64,000 nt of DNA. Source: a virus. The notes below the pieces were generated by a model. The model was not told the DNA's origin. It did no database searches and saw nothing but the letters and a program-made list of their open reading frames with translations. The stretch spans positions 1-64,000 of IMG/VR virus record IMGVR_UViG_3300019487_000026, one strand, 5' to 3'. Both the position numbers and the translations under genes were made by a program. Shown piece after piece: positions 39,441 through 47,948 of this stretch; position 1 is the first letter of the stretch; every line of letters starts with the position of its first letter.

Positions 39441-39819
39441 GCCAACCCTTTGGTGGGAGTGGTTGCCCGGACGACAAACGAACGGGGCGTATTACAAAAT
39501 GCGTTTGTGGCAGTCCAAGTGGCCCTTCATGCATGACGTATGGTTGATTCATTATCCGGAAGGCTCATACATTCCTCCTCATATTGATGAGGTTGATAGA
39601 TATCGACACTATCGGTTGAATATTGTTCTCCGCGAGGCTGTTGAAGGTGGAGATTTTGAGCCCTCTGGCCTGATGCAACCTTTTATTAACACCCGTCGGG
39701 TGAAATTCTTTCGGCCTGATCGAATCGTGCATGGCGTAAAGAAGATCGTTAAAGGTACTCGATTAGTGTTGAGTATTGGATGGGCGTTGAAAAAGAAACG
39801 ACCGGGGCCACCATGGTGA
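39406..39819 (+). CDS. 2OG-Fe(II) oxygenase-like protein
   Basis: PPHID, GG.F, FRPD..HGV, G.R.VLSIG. Confidence 0.7.
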   Translation: MTLFSTFWAKCKPTLWWEWLPGRQTNGAYYKMRLWQSKWPFMHDVWLIHYPEGSYIPPHIDEVDRYRHYRLNIVLREAVEGGDFEPSGLMQPFINTRRVKFFRPDRIVHGVKKIVKGTRLVLSIGWALKKKRPGPPW

Positions 39820-40175
39820 AAAACCTCAGTGCAACTCCAGACGGATGTAGTGATTACGCCTGGCAGAGGTACAATTATTTTTGTGACCGATTGGTGGATT
39901 TGCATAACACTTGTGTGTTTGCTTTTGAAAAGAAGTATGGATTTAGGCTCGCAGACCTTGAAAGAGGCAACGAATTTCCTTTGCGGATGACAGATTTCGC
40001 TGTTATTGAAGTTATTGCTGTGCTAGACTCCTCGACGAACTTGAGTAGAGATTGCCCCATGCGTGTGTGGACGGAGTGGACATTTGCTGAGGACCTGCTT
40101 AGAATGATCGATGAAGTGAATAACTCATCAAGGGGTCTCTATAATGAAAGAAAACAAAAGACTAAAGGGAGCTAA
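39813..40175 (+). CDS. Hypothetical protein
   Basis: Overlapping ORF within the operon. Confidence 0.55.
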   Translation: MVKNLSATPDGCSDYAWQRYNYFCDRLVDLHNTCVFAFEKKYGFRLADLERGNEFPLRMTDFAVIEVIAVLDSSTNLSRDCPMRVWTEWTFAEDLLRMIDEVNNSSRGLYNERKQKTKGS

Positions 40176-40355
40176 TCTTTTGACACTGGCCGCAACGAAA
40201 CACTTGAGCAGGCGATAAAACTTGACTTGATGCTCTTGCAATTGTTCGATCGACACAATATTCCGTACAGAACATTTCGCGTCAACGAAGAAATCGAGAA
40301 GCAAGTGTTTGACTACATCTGGGAAAGGTTTGAACGCGTTTCAGCCGTAAGTTGA
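40144..40355 (+). pseudogene. Remnant of a NadR/AAA_28-like kinase with an apparent internal deletion
   Basis: MKENKRLK start, then out of frame GRNETLEQA..LD..L..NIPY, which resembles the C-terminus of that family; no P-loop present. Confidence 0.4.
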
Positions 40356-40380
40356 CTTTTGCGGTTCGACCATATATAGT
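40352..40380 (+). promoter_or_regulatory. Sigma70-type promoter for the tRNA-fMet/ncRNA/rpsU unit
   Basis: TTGACT-17 nt-TATAGT. Confidence 0.7.
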
Positions 40381-40393
40381 TAACCCTTACAAT

Positions 40394-40469
40394 TGCGGGT
40401 TAGAGCAGAAGTAGCTCGCCTGGCTCATAACCAGGAGGCCGTGGCGTGCAATTCCCACACCCGCTACCA
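40394..40469 (+). tRNA. tRNA-Met(CAT), initiator-like
   Basis: Unpaired 1:72 (T.T), A11-T24, loop CTCATAA, CCA end. Confidence 0.85.
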
Positions 40470-40731
40470 ATCAGTTGCGCAGGTTAGTGATACTTCATCA
40501 CTCGTGCGAACTAGAGAGGCAACTCTTTAGCGTGTGCCGAACACGTGAGTTAGTAGTCGCAAGGCGAAAGCAGAAGGTCAGTGGTAGTGCTGTTCACTAT
40601 CCCCTTCAGGAGGGAGAGAATGATTATGCTCTGGAAATCAGGGCCGTGGCTGACACGTTATAAGCGGCTTGGGGTACAGAAATAATTCTGGATCACAAAG
40701 CGACGGCACTAGCCGACCTATACTCTGATTG
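40468..40731 (+). ncRNA. Unidentified highly structured RNA of about 260 nt
   Basis: Closing helix AATCAG/CTGATT; long-range TAGTGCTGT/ACGGCACTA and AGGTC/GACCT; several hairpins with GCAA loops. Confidence 0.55.
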
Positions 40732-40747
40732 AATTTTTTTGAGAAAT

Positions 40748-40972
40748 ATGCCAACAGTCCATCTAAATCCAGAACGACAATCTCTCAAAGATGTCGAAAT
40801 TGCTCTCCGCAAGCTGAAGAAGCTTGTCGAAAAATGTGGGACATTGAAAAAGCTTCATGAGAAGGAATTTCATGAGCGTGCCGGTGTCAAACGCAATCGT
40901 AAACGTGCTGCTGCCATTATGCGGTGGCGTCGAGAAACCCAAAAGCACCAACTCCCGCCAAAACTTTACTGA
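40748..40972 (+). CDS. rpsU: Ribosomal protein bS21
   Basis: E.ALRKLKK.VEK.G.LK.L..KEF.E....KR.RK.AAA..R; C-terminal LPPKLY. Confidence 0.9.
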   Translation: MPTVHLNPERQSLKDVEIALRKLKKLVEKCGTLKKLHEKEFHERAGVKRNRKRAAAIMRWRRETQKHQLPPKLY

Positions 40973-41382
40973 TGGCCTCCAATCCTGATATCTTGTTTGC
41001 CAATTATCGTATTGGTGATGACTTGTGGAGAGATCGTCCGGTCGAGGATCGTATTAAACACCTCGAAGAGCAACTCAAGAAAGTTTTGCTCCAGCGAGAA
41101 CATTTCCGAAGAAATTCGGAACCATCTGTAGACGCCAACGAGAAAGTTCTTCGAAGTGCTAGCTGGTTGTGGGCTAAACAATCAAATCAATCAACTGCAT
41201 TTCCAGCGGTACACCATCCGTTCTATCTTTGGCGTGGTGATATGTGTGTCCTTATTTGTCACCAAAACATCATTAATGCTGTGCAAGGACGAGCTCGTGA
41301 AGCATGGGAAGAGGAGTGTCAGCGAGCACTTGAAAAAGAACAGGGAAGGAAAAATCGGGAGGAAAAATGTGTCGATTCGTAG
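40972..41382 (+). CDS. Hypothetical protein
   Basis: TGATG coupling to rpsU. Confidence 0.65.
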   Translation: MASNPDILFANYRIGDDLWRDRPVEDRIKHLEEQLKKVLLQREHFRRNSEPSVDANEKVLRSASWLWAKQSNQSTAFPAVHHPFYLWRGDMCVLICHQNIINAVQGRAREAWEEECQRALEKEQGRKNREEKCVDS

Positions 41383-42213
41383 TGTATCATGGTCATCCAG
41401 TATTGATTGCGGATCTGCTTTACAGACCTAAGCATGGTCTGGTTGAACAGAGCATGCGATCCGAACAAAGCTTTCAAAGCTACAATGCTGATGGTTTTGG
41501 GATTGGCTTTTATACAGAAGGGTTTCCGAACCCCTGCGTGATTCGTTCAACGACACCCGCCTGGGCAAATACAGGTTTACAGGAGTTGTCGAATCGAGTC
41601 TATTCGACACGAATCTTCGGCCACGTTCGAGCCGCCTCACCGGGACTCGAAGTGCAAACAACAAACTGCCATCCATTTACAGCAGGTCGGTATCAGTTTA
41701 TGCACAATGGAGCGATTGGTGATTTCCGTAAAGTGAAACGCCAAATCCAAAATGCACTGTCAGACGTGGGAATGTATTCGCGGTTCAACTGACACGGAAC
41801 ATGCATTTGGCTTGTTCTTACACGGTGTTGGTAGTCTTGACAAGAGACTGAGTACAAGTGAGATGCGCACCCTGCTCGTGATGACAATTGCAACACTAGT
41901 CCATATTGCTCAACTGCAAAAGAATCCACTGACATTGAACTTCGCAGTTTCGGACGGCTACTCAACAGTTGTCTCTCGCTTTGCTGCCAATGCTGAACAA
42001 TCGCCAACATTGTACTATTCTTCTGGACAAAGATACGTACTGAATGGAAATGACTGCGACATGATCCCATCATCTAACGGACACACAGGAGCAACGCTAA
42101 TCGCGAGCGAACCTATCACGCGGCAACCTAATGAGTGGACTTTGGTTCCTCAAAACCACACGGTTTCTGTAGATCCAGACGGAATGTGCTCTGTTGAAAA
42201 AATCACCATATAA
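41367..42213 (+). pseudogene. Class II glutamine amidotransferase (EgtC/YafJ-like), frameshifted near 41765
   Basis: MCR, N.DGFG, HVRAA, NCHPF, MHNG in one frame; GSTDTEH..ASEP in another. Confidence 0.8.
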
Positions 42214-42393
42214 TACTGAAATGTTGGAGAGTGGGAGGGGACAGATTTGTAAGGGGAAAAACCGACCCCTTTCTGGAATATAAATACAAGATTACGTAAT
42301 AGGCTTCGAGAGTTGGACATTGTGTCGAATTCTCAACTAACTGACTTTAATTAAAGGGATCTTAGTCAGTGATCCGTTAGAAAGAGGAATGCT

Positions 42394-43283
42394 ATGATGT
42401 ATGGAAATAAATTGGCAATTGCAGTAAAACATAACGGCAAAGTCCTTCGTGAATTCAATAAGGACACAGTCTATCTGCCCTTCGGTGCAGAATATTCAAT
42501 CTTCATCAAAAACCTCGACACAGTTCGTGCGTCTGTCAAAGTAATGATCGATGGTAAAGACATCGGTGATGGCACAACGTTCGTTGTCAATGGTAGTAGC
42601 TCGATCGAACTCGAGCGATTCCTTCGGGCGGGCAACCTGAATGAAGGAAATCGTTTCAAGTTTATTGAGCGAACGGCGTCGGTTGAAAACCATCGTGGTG
42701 TTGGTGGTGAGGATGGCCTAGTGGTGATTGAGTATCAATTTGAGAAACGAGTTCCGAAAGTGGAGTACGTTGATCATCACATCTATCATCGTTATCACGA
42801 TCATTGGTTGCTACCACGACATCGCAGACCGTATTGGTATGGAGATGACACATACACTGTGTGCAACTCCGGCGACTCGTACGGCCTATCTGGTGGTGTT
42901 TCGAGTAATACGGTCGGCAGCACTGTCTCAGATTCGTTGTTGAACACAGAGCCCAAAGTGCAAATGAAAGGCAAGAAGCAAGCAATGCGTGCTCATTCAA
43001 TAAATCTTGCGCATGTTGAGCCACAAGCAACGCTGATCAACGATGCTGGTATTACGGTGGCTGGTTCCAAATCAGACCAACAGTTTCATCAATCTGCTTG
43101 GTTTGCAACCGAAACGGAAAAGTTCAGTCTTGTCCTTAAACTTCTCGGTCAAGTTGAAAGTGGTCGCGCTGTTCGTACAGCAATCACTGTGAAACACAAA
43201 CAGAAGTGTGATACGTGTGGTCATGTGAATAAGGCAAATGCCAAATTCTGTGCTAATTGTGGCAGGCACTCGAGCTAGTGTAA
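42394..43283 (+). CDS. Hypothetical protein with a C-terminal zinc ribbon
   Basis: GAGGA SD; C.TCG..N...KFC.NCG; the last codons look frameshifted (G.ALELV* in another frame). Confidence 0.75.
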
Positions 43284-43287
43284 GTAT

Positions 43288-43317
43288 GCTGGGGGCTACT
43301 AAAGGGTAGCCCCCAGT
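43288..43317 (+). terminator. Strong hairpin after the zinc-ribbon gene
   Basis: GCTGGGGGCTAC/GTAGCCCCCAGT; no clear U tract. Confidence 0.55.
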
Positions 43318-43352
43318 CTCCCATAAATATCGTCTGCATTTAGGAGTTTATC

Positions 43353-43856
43353 ATGGCAGACGAACAAAACGAGTGTAGCACAGGCGCAACCGAAGGTGAG
43401 TTGCAATTTGTCTCGGAAAAAGTTGACAAGGTTGAACGAGATCTCAAGGAAGAATTGGGCAAAATTTCATTCGAGAGCTTGTTTGGCAGGTGGGTTAGTA
43501 GCCACGTAATGACCGTCAGTGTCAGCACCATTGCTACCGTTCTTGGCTTTGTTGGCACGATCTTTGTTGGTTCCTTCTGGGTGAGTGATCGTTTTGTAGA
43601 AGCTGCTGAACTCGATAAAGCCACACAGCAAATTCAGCGTGATCTAACCAAGTTTCGGCACCAAGGCTCGGTTGATAATCTTGAAATGCGTCGGTGGTAC
43701 GCTGAGCAGCGACTCGCCGACATGGAAAGTAAGCGAAGCCCATCAGCTGATGATCGAGCACGTATTCAGCAACTGCGTCGAGAGATTGAACGACTAGACG
43801 GACAAATTCGTGCGACACAAGACAAGATCGAAAAGCTTGAAAAACCAGGTCAATGA
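43353..43856 (+). CDS. Single-TM coiled-coil protein
   Basis: Late motif, AGGAG SD; central TM helix. Confidence 0.7.
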   Translation: MADEQNECSTGATEGELQFVSEKVDKVERDLKEELGKISFESLFGRWVSSHVMTVSVSTIATVLGFVGTIFVGSFWVSDRFVEAAELDKATQQIQRDLTKFRHQGSVDNLEMRRWYAEQRLADMESKRSPSADDRARIQQLRREIERLDGQIRATQDKIEKLEKPGQ

Positions 43857-44410
43857 GCGACGATAAAATAATTGACTTTCAGAAACGACGGCACGAAAAG
43901 ATCCTTCGAAGTGTTGAACAGGGACTTGAACCGCTGGGTGCCGCGTTTGATGCTCGTCTGGCCGATCGTGATCGCACTCATGCTATCGCAAAGAGTGAAT
44001 TCCAACAGATTCAAAACATCGTCAATAAATTACGAATTGATTCGTATGTTCCAGGGTTCACTGACCTGGATGATATTTTGCATTGGTTGACCGTAGACAA
44101 ACGTGGTACACACCGCAATCAAACGGCTTTAAAGGCTGAATATTCTCCTCAAGATGTTTTCAAACTGCGTATGATTGCCCACCACTCGCCGCGATTACTA
44201 AGCCGTCTCAATGAAATGAAGCGTGTTGTTCATACTTTTCTTGACAAGTGGCAAAAGAAAGTTGTTTCTGGGGAAATTCCTGCGGACCCAGAAGCAGTCG
44301 AACAAGCAGCCTATCTTGATAGCGAAATTGCGAATGATATTCACACGCTCGATGAGGTGCGACGATTGTTTAAGGTTGAACCAACGAAGGACTGGCGGGA
44401 TTTTGTGTAG
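43853..44410 (+). CDS. Hypothetical protein
   Basis: ATGA overlap. Confidence 0.7.
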   Translation: MSDDKIIDFQKRRHEKILRSVEQGLEPLGAAFDARLADRDRTHAIAKSEFQQIQNIVNKLRIDSYVPGFTDLDDILHWLTVDKRGTHRNQTALKAEYSPQDVFKLRMIAHHSPRLLSRLNEMKRVVHTFLDKWQKKVVSGEIPADPEAVEQAAYLDSEIANDIHTLDEVRRLFKVEPTKDWRDFV

Positions 44411-45026
44411 GCACTGATAGGAAAGTTCGTATTGTTGGAAGTGGAACACTGTAAGCAATCCAGTGAACGGGGATAGCAGTCGATCGATTAACTGGAATTG
44501 ACAGAATTGCTTTTGTGATTGCAACTAACTCCCAACGATTATTTCGAAACACAAATATTCCACCGCCGGACATACCTGGGGCAACGTTGGCGGAGAAAAT
44601 AAGCTGCCCGCCCTTATCGACGCCTTGTGAATGTCCAGTTGTTGCGAATTGTGTTCCAACAATTGTCCCGTGGGGAAATCCAACAGCCAGAATTTCTTCG
44701 TCAATGACTGCAGATGCCGCCGCCATAGTCGCACAAGGACACGAAGCTTTTGCTTGAACAAGTGCTAGATCGTTCTTTGAATCAATTTTAATTAGGCGGC
44801 CTTCTTGTTTTCCGTCTCGTGTGTGTATTTCGATCGAGCCGCGAATCGTAAAGAGGTGTGCTGAACTTAGCCATGTATCTTCGGCGATCAAAACGGCCGA
44901 ACCGGTACTTGCAGAAATTGGCGTTTGCACAAGGACCTGTGCAACGACGCCACGTGCGCTGGTAAAGTTTGCCCCACTCACAACCGTCGATGCGAGAAAT
45001 AGAAGGGCAAAAAGAATAGATCGCAT
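44370..45026 (-). CDS. Secreted trypsin-like serine protease
   Basis: Signal peptide; GSAV..SAH, DLAL, GFP.G, GMSGG. Confidence 0.88.
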   Translation of the reverse strand: MRSILFALLFLASTVVSGANFTSARGVVAQVLVQTPISASTGSAVLIAEDTWLSSAHLFTIRGSIEIHTRDGKQEGRLIKIDSKNDLALVQAKASCPCATMAAASAVIDEEILAVGFPHGTIVGTQFATTGHSQGVDKGGQLIFSANVAPGMSGGGIFVFRNNRWELVAITKAILSIPVNRSTAIPVHWIAYSVPLPTIRTFLSVPTQNPASPSLVQP

Positions 45027-45094
45027 TTGGGTATTTAGTGTTGACCCATCGTTTACATCTAATATATACTTTGGTATTCGATGGAGATTATCAG

Positions 45095-45493
45095 ATGACA
45101 ATTCGTCACATTCTCACAGCCGTGCTTACCATTATTCCAGTAGCAATCGTATTTGCACAAGAGTTGGAAGCGGAAGTCGCGCACCGTGGACGCCCAGTTC
45201 CAGTTGTTCCGATAACCGATCGTCAAATGAATTCTCCTGATAACAAGGACTTAATGATTCTTGAAACAACACGATGCACTAATACTGTGATTCTTGAGGC
45301 GATTCGTGAGGATTTTCATTCGTCGATGTATACTGGGTTTGCAACAGTCGACGGTCCGGGCACAAATATGCCATTGTGCTACATTGAGTACATGCGGGCT
45401 GGTGGTCTAGTTGTTTTTGTTCATTATCTTCACGAGGGACGAACTGGCATGATACAGATCCCCTCCAACAAATTTAAGAAACGAACCAATTAA
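45095..45493 (+). CDS. Secreted hypothetical protein
   Basis: GGAG SD; signal-like N-terminus; TTGACC..TATACT promoter upstream. Confidence 0.65.
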   Translation: MTIRHILTAVLTIIPVAIVFAQELEAEVAHRGRPVPVVPITDRQMNSPDNKDLMILETTRCTNTVILEAIREDFHSSMYTGFATVDGPGTNMPLCYIEYMRAGGLVVFVHYLHEGRTGMIQIPSNKFKKRTN

Positions 45494-45499
45494 ACGTAC

Positions 45500-45573
45500 G
45501 CGCGATTAGCTCAATGGGAGAGCAATTGTCTCTAAAACTTTGGTTGAGGGTTCGAGTCCCTCATCGCGCACCA
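45500..45573 (+). tRNA. Amber suppressor tRNA (anticodon CUA)
   Basis: GCGCGAT/ATCGCGC-A-CCA; canonical D and T arms; loop CT-CTA-AA; two T.T mismatches in the anticodon stem. Confidence 0.82.
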
Positions 45574-45590
45574 AGACGATCTCTTATACG

Positions 45591-45728
45591 GTGGACTACG
45601 AACGTGGCTACAAGGACGGTCGTAGCAAAAAGGCAAACCTTGCTCGATCGGGTGCGTATGGTGGCAATGCGACTGCCTATCTGGAAGGCTTTGCTGATGG
45701 TAAGGCAAAGAAAGCACGTAGGATGTAA
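45591..45728 (+). CDS. Small hypothetical protein (Y..GY.DG / Y..GF.DG motifs)
   Basis: TAATG coupling to the next ORF; start uncertain. Confidence 0.45.
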   Translation: MDYERGYKDGRSKKANLARSGAYGGNATAYLEGFADGKAKKARRM

Positions 45729-46000
45729 TGGACGATAGCAACGAAATGATCGGCTTGGGGCATGCGGCAAAACGCACGTCCCTTGCCGTTTATAAACACG
45801 GTAACCTTGCCCTAGTCCCCCACTACACAAATAGTGGGGATTATGGCTATTTCATAGTTGAAGAACACCCTATTCGAATTGCTGACAAAATGGGGTTTCT
45901 CTATCGCAATCAACGATTTTTTATCAAGAAAATCGACGAAACGGCTTTTCAAAAAGCTCTGTCAAAACTTAAAGAGATAGTGCTGGCGGAAAAACAATAG
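45728..46000 (+). CDS. Hypothetical protein
   Basis: AGGA SD. Confidence 0.6.
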   Translation: MDDSNEMIGLGHAAKRTSLAVYKHGNLALVPHYTNSGDYGYFIVEEHPIRIADKMGFLYRNQRFFIKKIDETAFQKALSKLKEIVLAEKQ

Positions 46001-46055
46001 CCTTCTTTGGACTCCCATAAATAGGTGTACTGATCGTACACACGGGAGATCCCAC

Positions 46056-47621
46056 ATGAAACAAGGCTTTGTCATTGCTAGAAATCGGTCTAACAAGCAG
46101 TTTTTTAGCGCAAAAGGTTCCTACGAACGTCCACACTGGACACACAAGGTCGAGGAAGCTACAGTTTATTATAGTGACGGGATGGCCCAAGCTGCCGTCA
46201 AAAAATTGTGGGTCAATGGTAATTTTCCAGCTAATGTCATAGTTCTTTCAGAACTCAGCATCGATTTCCAAGCACCAACTCATACATCGCCTCCTGCATC
46301 ACACGAAGAACAGCCTTCTATGTCGGATGAGGTATCAGATCACGATGCACCACACGGCTCATCAGAAGACCTACCGTCAGCCGATGACGCTTCGTCAGGT
46401 GCCAGCGAAGAGCCACTAGATCATGAAGAGCCAGATGGTGACGAGGACCTCGACGACGAAGACATGGATGGTGATGGTGATAATGTTGAGGCTTCGGACG
46501 AAGACCTTGGCGATGACCACGAAGAAGATCTTGACGATGAAGATCTTGACGATGAAGACTTTGGTGATGAGGATCTAGAAGGCGAAACAGATCACGAGGA
46601 AGGTCCCGAAGCAAGCCACGGTGATGAAGAAGTCCCAAGCGAAGAGCCAAGTGTAAGTGGCGATGACATCCCAGATGAAGAGATTAGTCGCGAAGAAGAA
46701 TGCGCCTCGATGTATGCAGAGGGGCAGTTTGTCGTCTGGAAGGAACAAATCGCAGAAGTTATCCATGCTCGTCGCAACGCTACATCGGTCATTATTCGTG
46801 TTGATGGCAAGGACCAGCGAGTACCTGTATCCGAGCTGAGCGAAAGCACAGAAGCCGTAAATCCACAAATGCGTGATGCAGCTTATGCAACAATGGGTTC
46901 GGTTCACGCTGGACATGGCGATGAGCCGTCGGTTCAAGAACTCTCACGCGGTGCGCGACGTGTTGGTATTCGTGTGGGCGAGAAAATGTACGACTTCGGC
47001 CGCAATTATCCAGCAGCCATGGGTTTCTATCGCTCATTGACTCCTGACGAACAAAAAATGGCAAAGTTTGTCGGAGAAACATTCCGTATGCCAGCTCGTC
47101 CCGATAAACAAGGCAATGCTAAGCCAACAGAGAATACAAATCTGATTCCAAACCTGAAAGAACCGAAATACATGGAGATCGACCTGGATGATCCAGTCGG
47201 TGCTGTGTCGAAACCCTTTACAGATCTAGACTATGCAACTGCTTACCAGCACGGCGAGAAAGTTCCAGTTCCAGGTAATGTTAAGGCAGCTCTTCGTGAT
47301 TCGATTGAGACATTCCGTAAAGCAGCAGACTACAACAACGGTCGTGATGATGCACAAGCATCATTCTGCATGACCGTATGCAGTGCTCTCGAAGAACTTC
47401 AAGACCATCTCAACCAAGGAACCGTTGACGGCGTTAAGCAAGCTCAAATCAAGGTGTCGTCGTGGATGAATCCGATCACGACAAACATTCCTGAAGTTGT
47501 GCGAGACTTTGTTTACTACGGTGGTCGTAAGAAATCGCTTCGTGATCTTTTCGATATCAAGAAGGGTGAAGCCATGTTGGCAAAGGTTCGCGGAGGCTTG
47601 AATTATCCAAAGGGGAAGTAA
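46056..47621 (+). CDS. Acidic low-complexity protein, probable prohead core or virion protein
   Basis: Late motif, GGGAG SD; DEDLDDED tract; several LSE motifs. Confidence 0.75.
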   Translation: MKQGFVIARNRSNKQFFSAKGSYERPHWTHKVEEATVYYSDGMAQAAVKKLWVNGNFPANVIVLSELSIDFQAPTHTSPPASHEEQPSMSDEVSDHDAPHGSSEDLPSADDASSGASEEPLDHEEPDGDEDLDDEDMDGDGDNVEASDEDLGDDHEEDLDDEDLDDEDFGDEDLEGETDHEEGPEASHGDEEVPSEEPSVSGDDIPDEEISREEECASMYAEGQFVVWKEQIAEVIHARRNATSVIIRVDGKDQRVPVSELSESTEAVNPQMRDAAYATMGSVHAGHGDEPSVQELSRGARRVGIRVGEKMYDFGRNYPAAMGFYRSLTPDEQKMAKFVGETFRMPARPDKQGNAKPTENTNLIPNLKEPKYMEIDLDDPVGAVSKPFTDLDYATAYQHGEKVPVPGNVKAALRDSIETFRKAADYNNGRDDAQASFCMTVCSALEELQDHLNQGTVDGVKQAQIKVSSWMNPITTNIPEVVRDFVYYGGRKKSLRDLFDIKKGEAMLAKVRGGLNYPKGK

Positions 47622-47930
47622 ATGCTTCCGCTGTTGAAACAACTCAACGAGACAATTCAATCCCTCGAAGAGGGGCGCGAGAAAGAAGAGTACATCGCTA
47701 AAAAAGCAGGACAGCTGCTATCGGAGATGATGTATCTTCATGCTCGAACACAATTTGAAAAGGACCCGTCTCTAAAAAATCGATATGATGATTGGATGGA
47801 GTACTTGCAGTATGAGTATTCGATTATTAAGCAACATCATCTTGATATTTTTGCTCAAAAAGTAGCGCAAGCTGTCGCTGGCACAGTGCGTGACCTCGAA
47901 AACGGAGTCTATTATAGGCACAACAAATAA
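47622..47930 (+). CDS. Hypothetical protein (QLNE motif)
   Basis: Abuts the upstream ORF. Confidence 0.7.
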   Translation: MLPLLKQLNETIQSLEEGREKEEYIAKKAGQLLSEMMYLHARTQFEKDPSLKNRYDDWMEYLQYEYSIIKQHHLDIFAQKVAQAVAGTVRDLENGVYYRHNK

Positions 47931-47948
47931 TCGAAGACGGAGCGAAAC

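Noticed and set aside
41752-41792. Programmed frameshift in the amidotransferase
   Set aside because: No slippery heptamer or stimulatory structure, and neighbouring genes show similar random lesions.
45500-45573. Reading this tRNA as Arg(TCT)
   Set aside because: That register loses U33 and the closing pairs; the CUA register gives C32 U33 A37 A38 with T-A and G-C closure.
46430-46590. Tandem GACGATGAAGATCTT-like repeats as a CRISPR array or satellite
   Set aside because: They are the in-frame DEDLD tract of an acidic protein, with no spacers and no cas genes.
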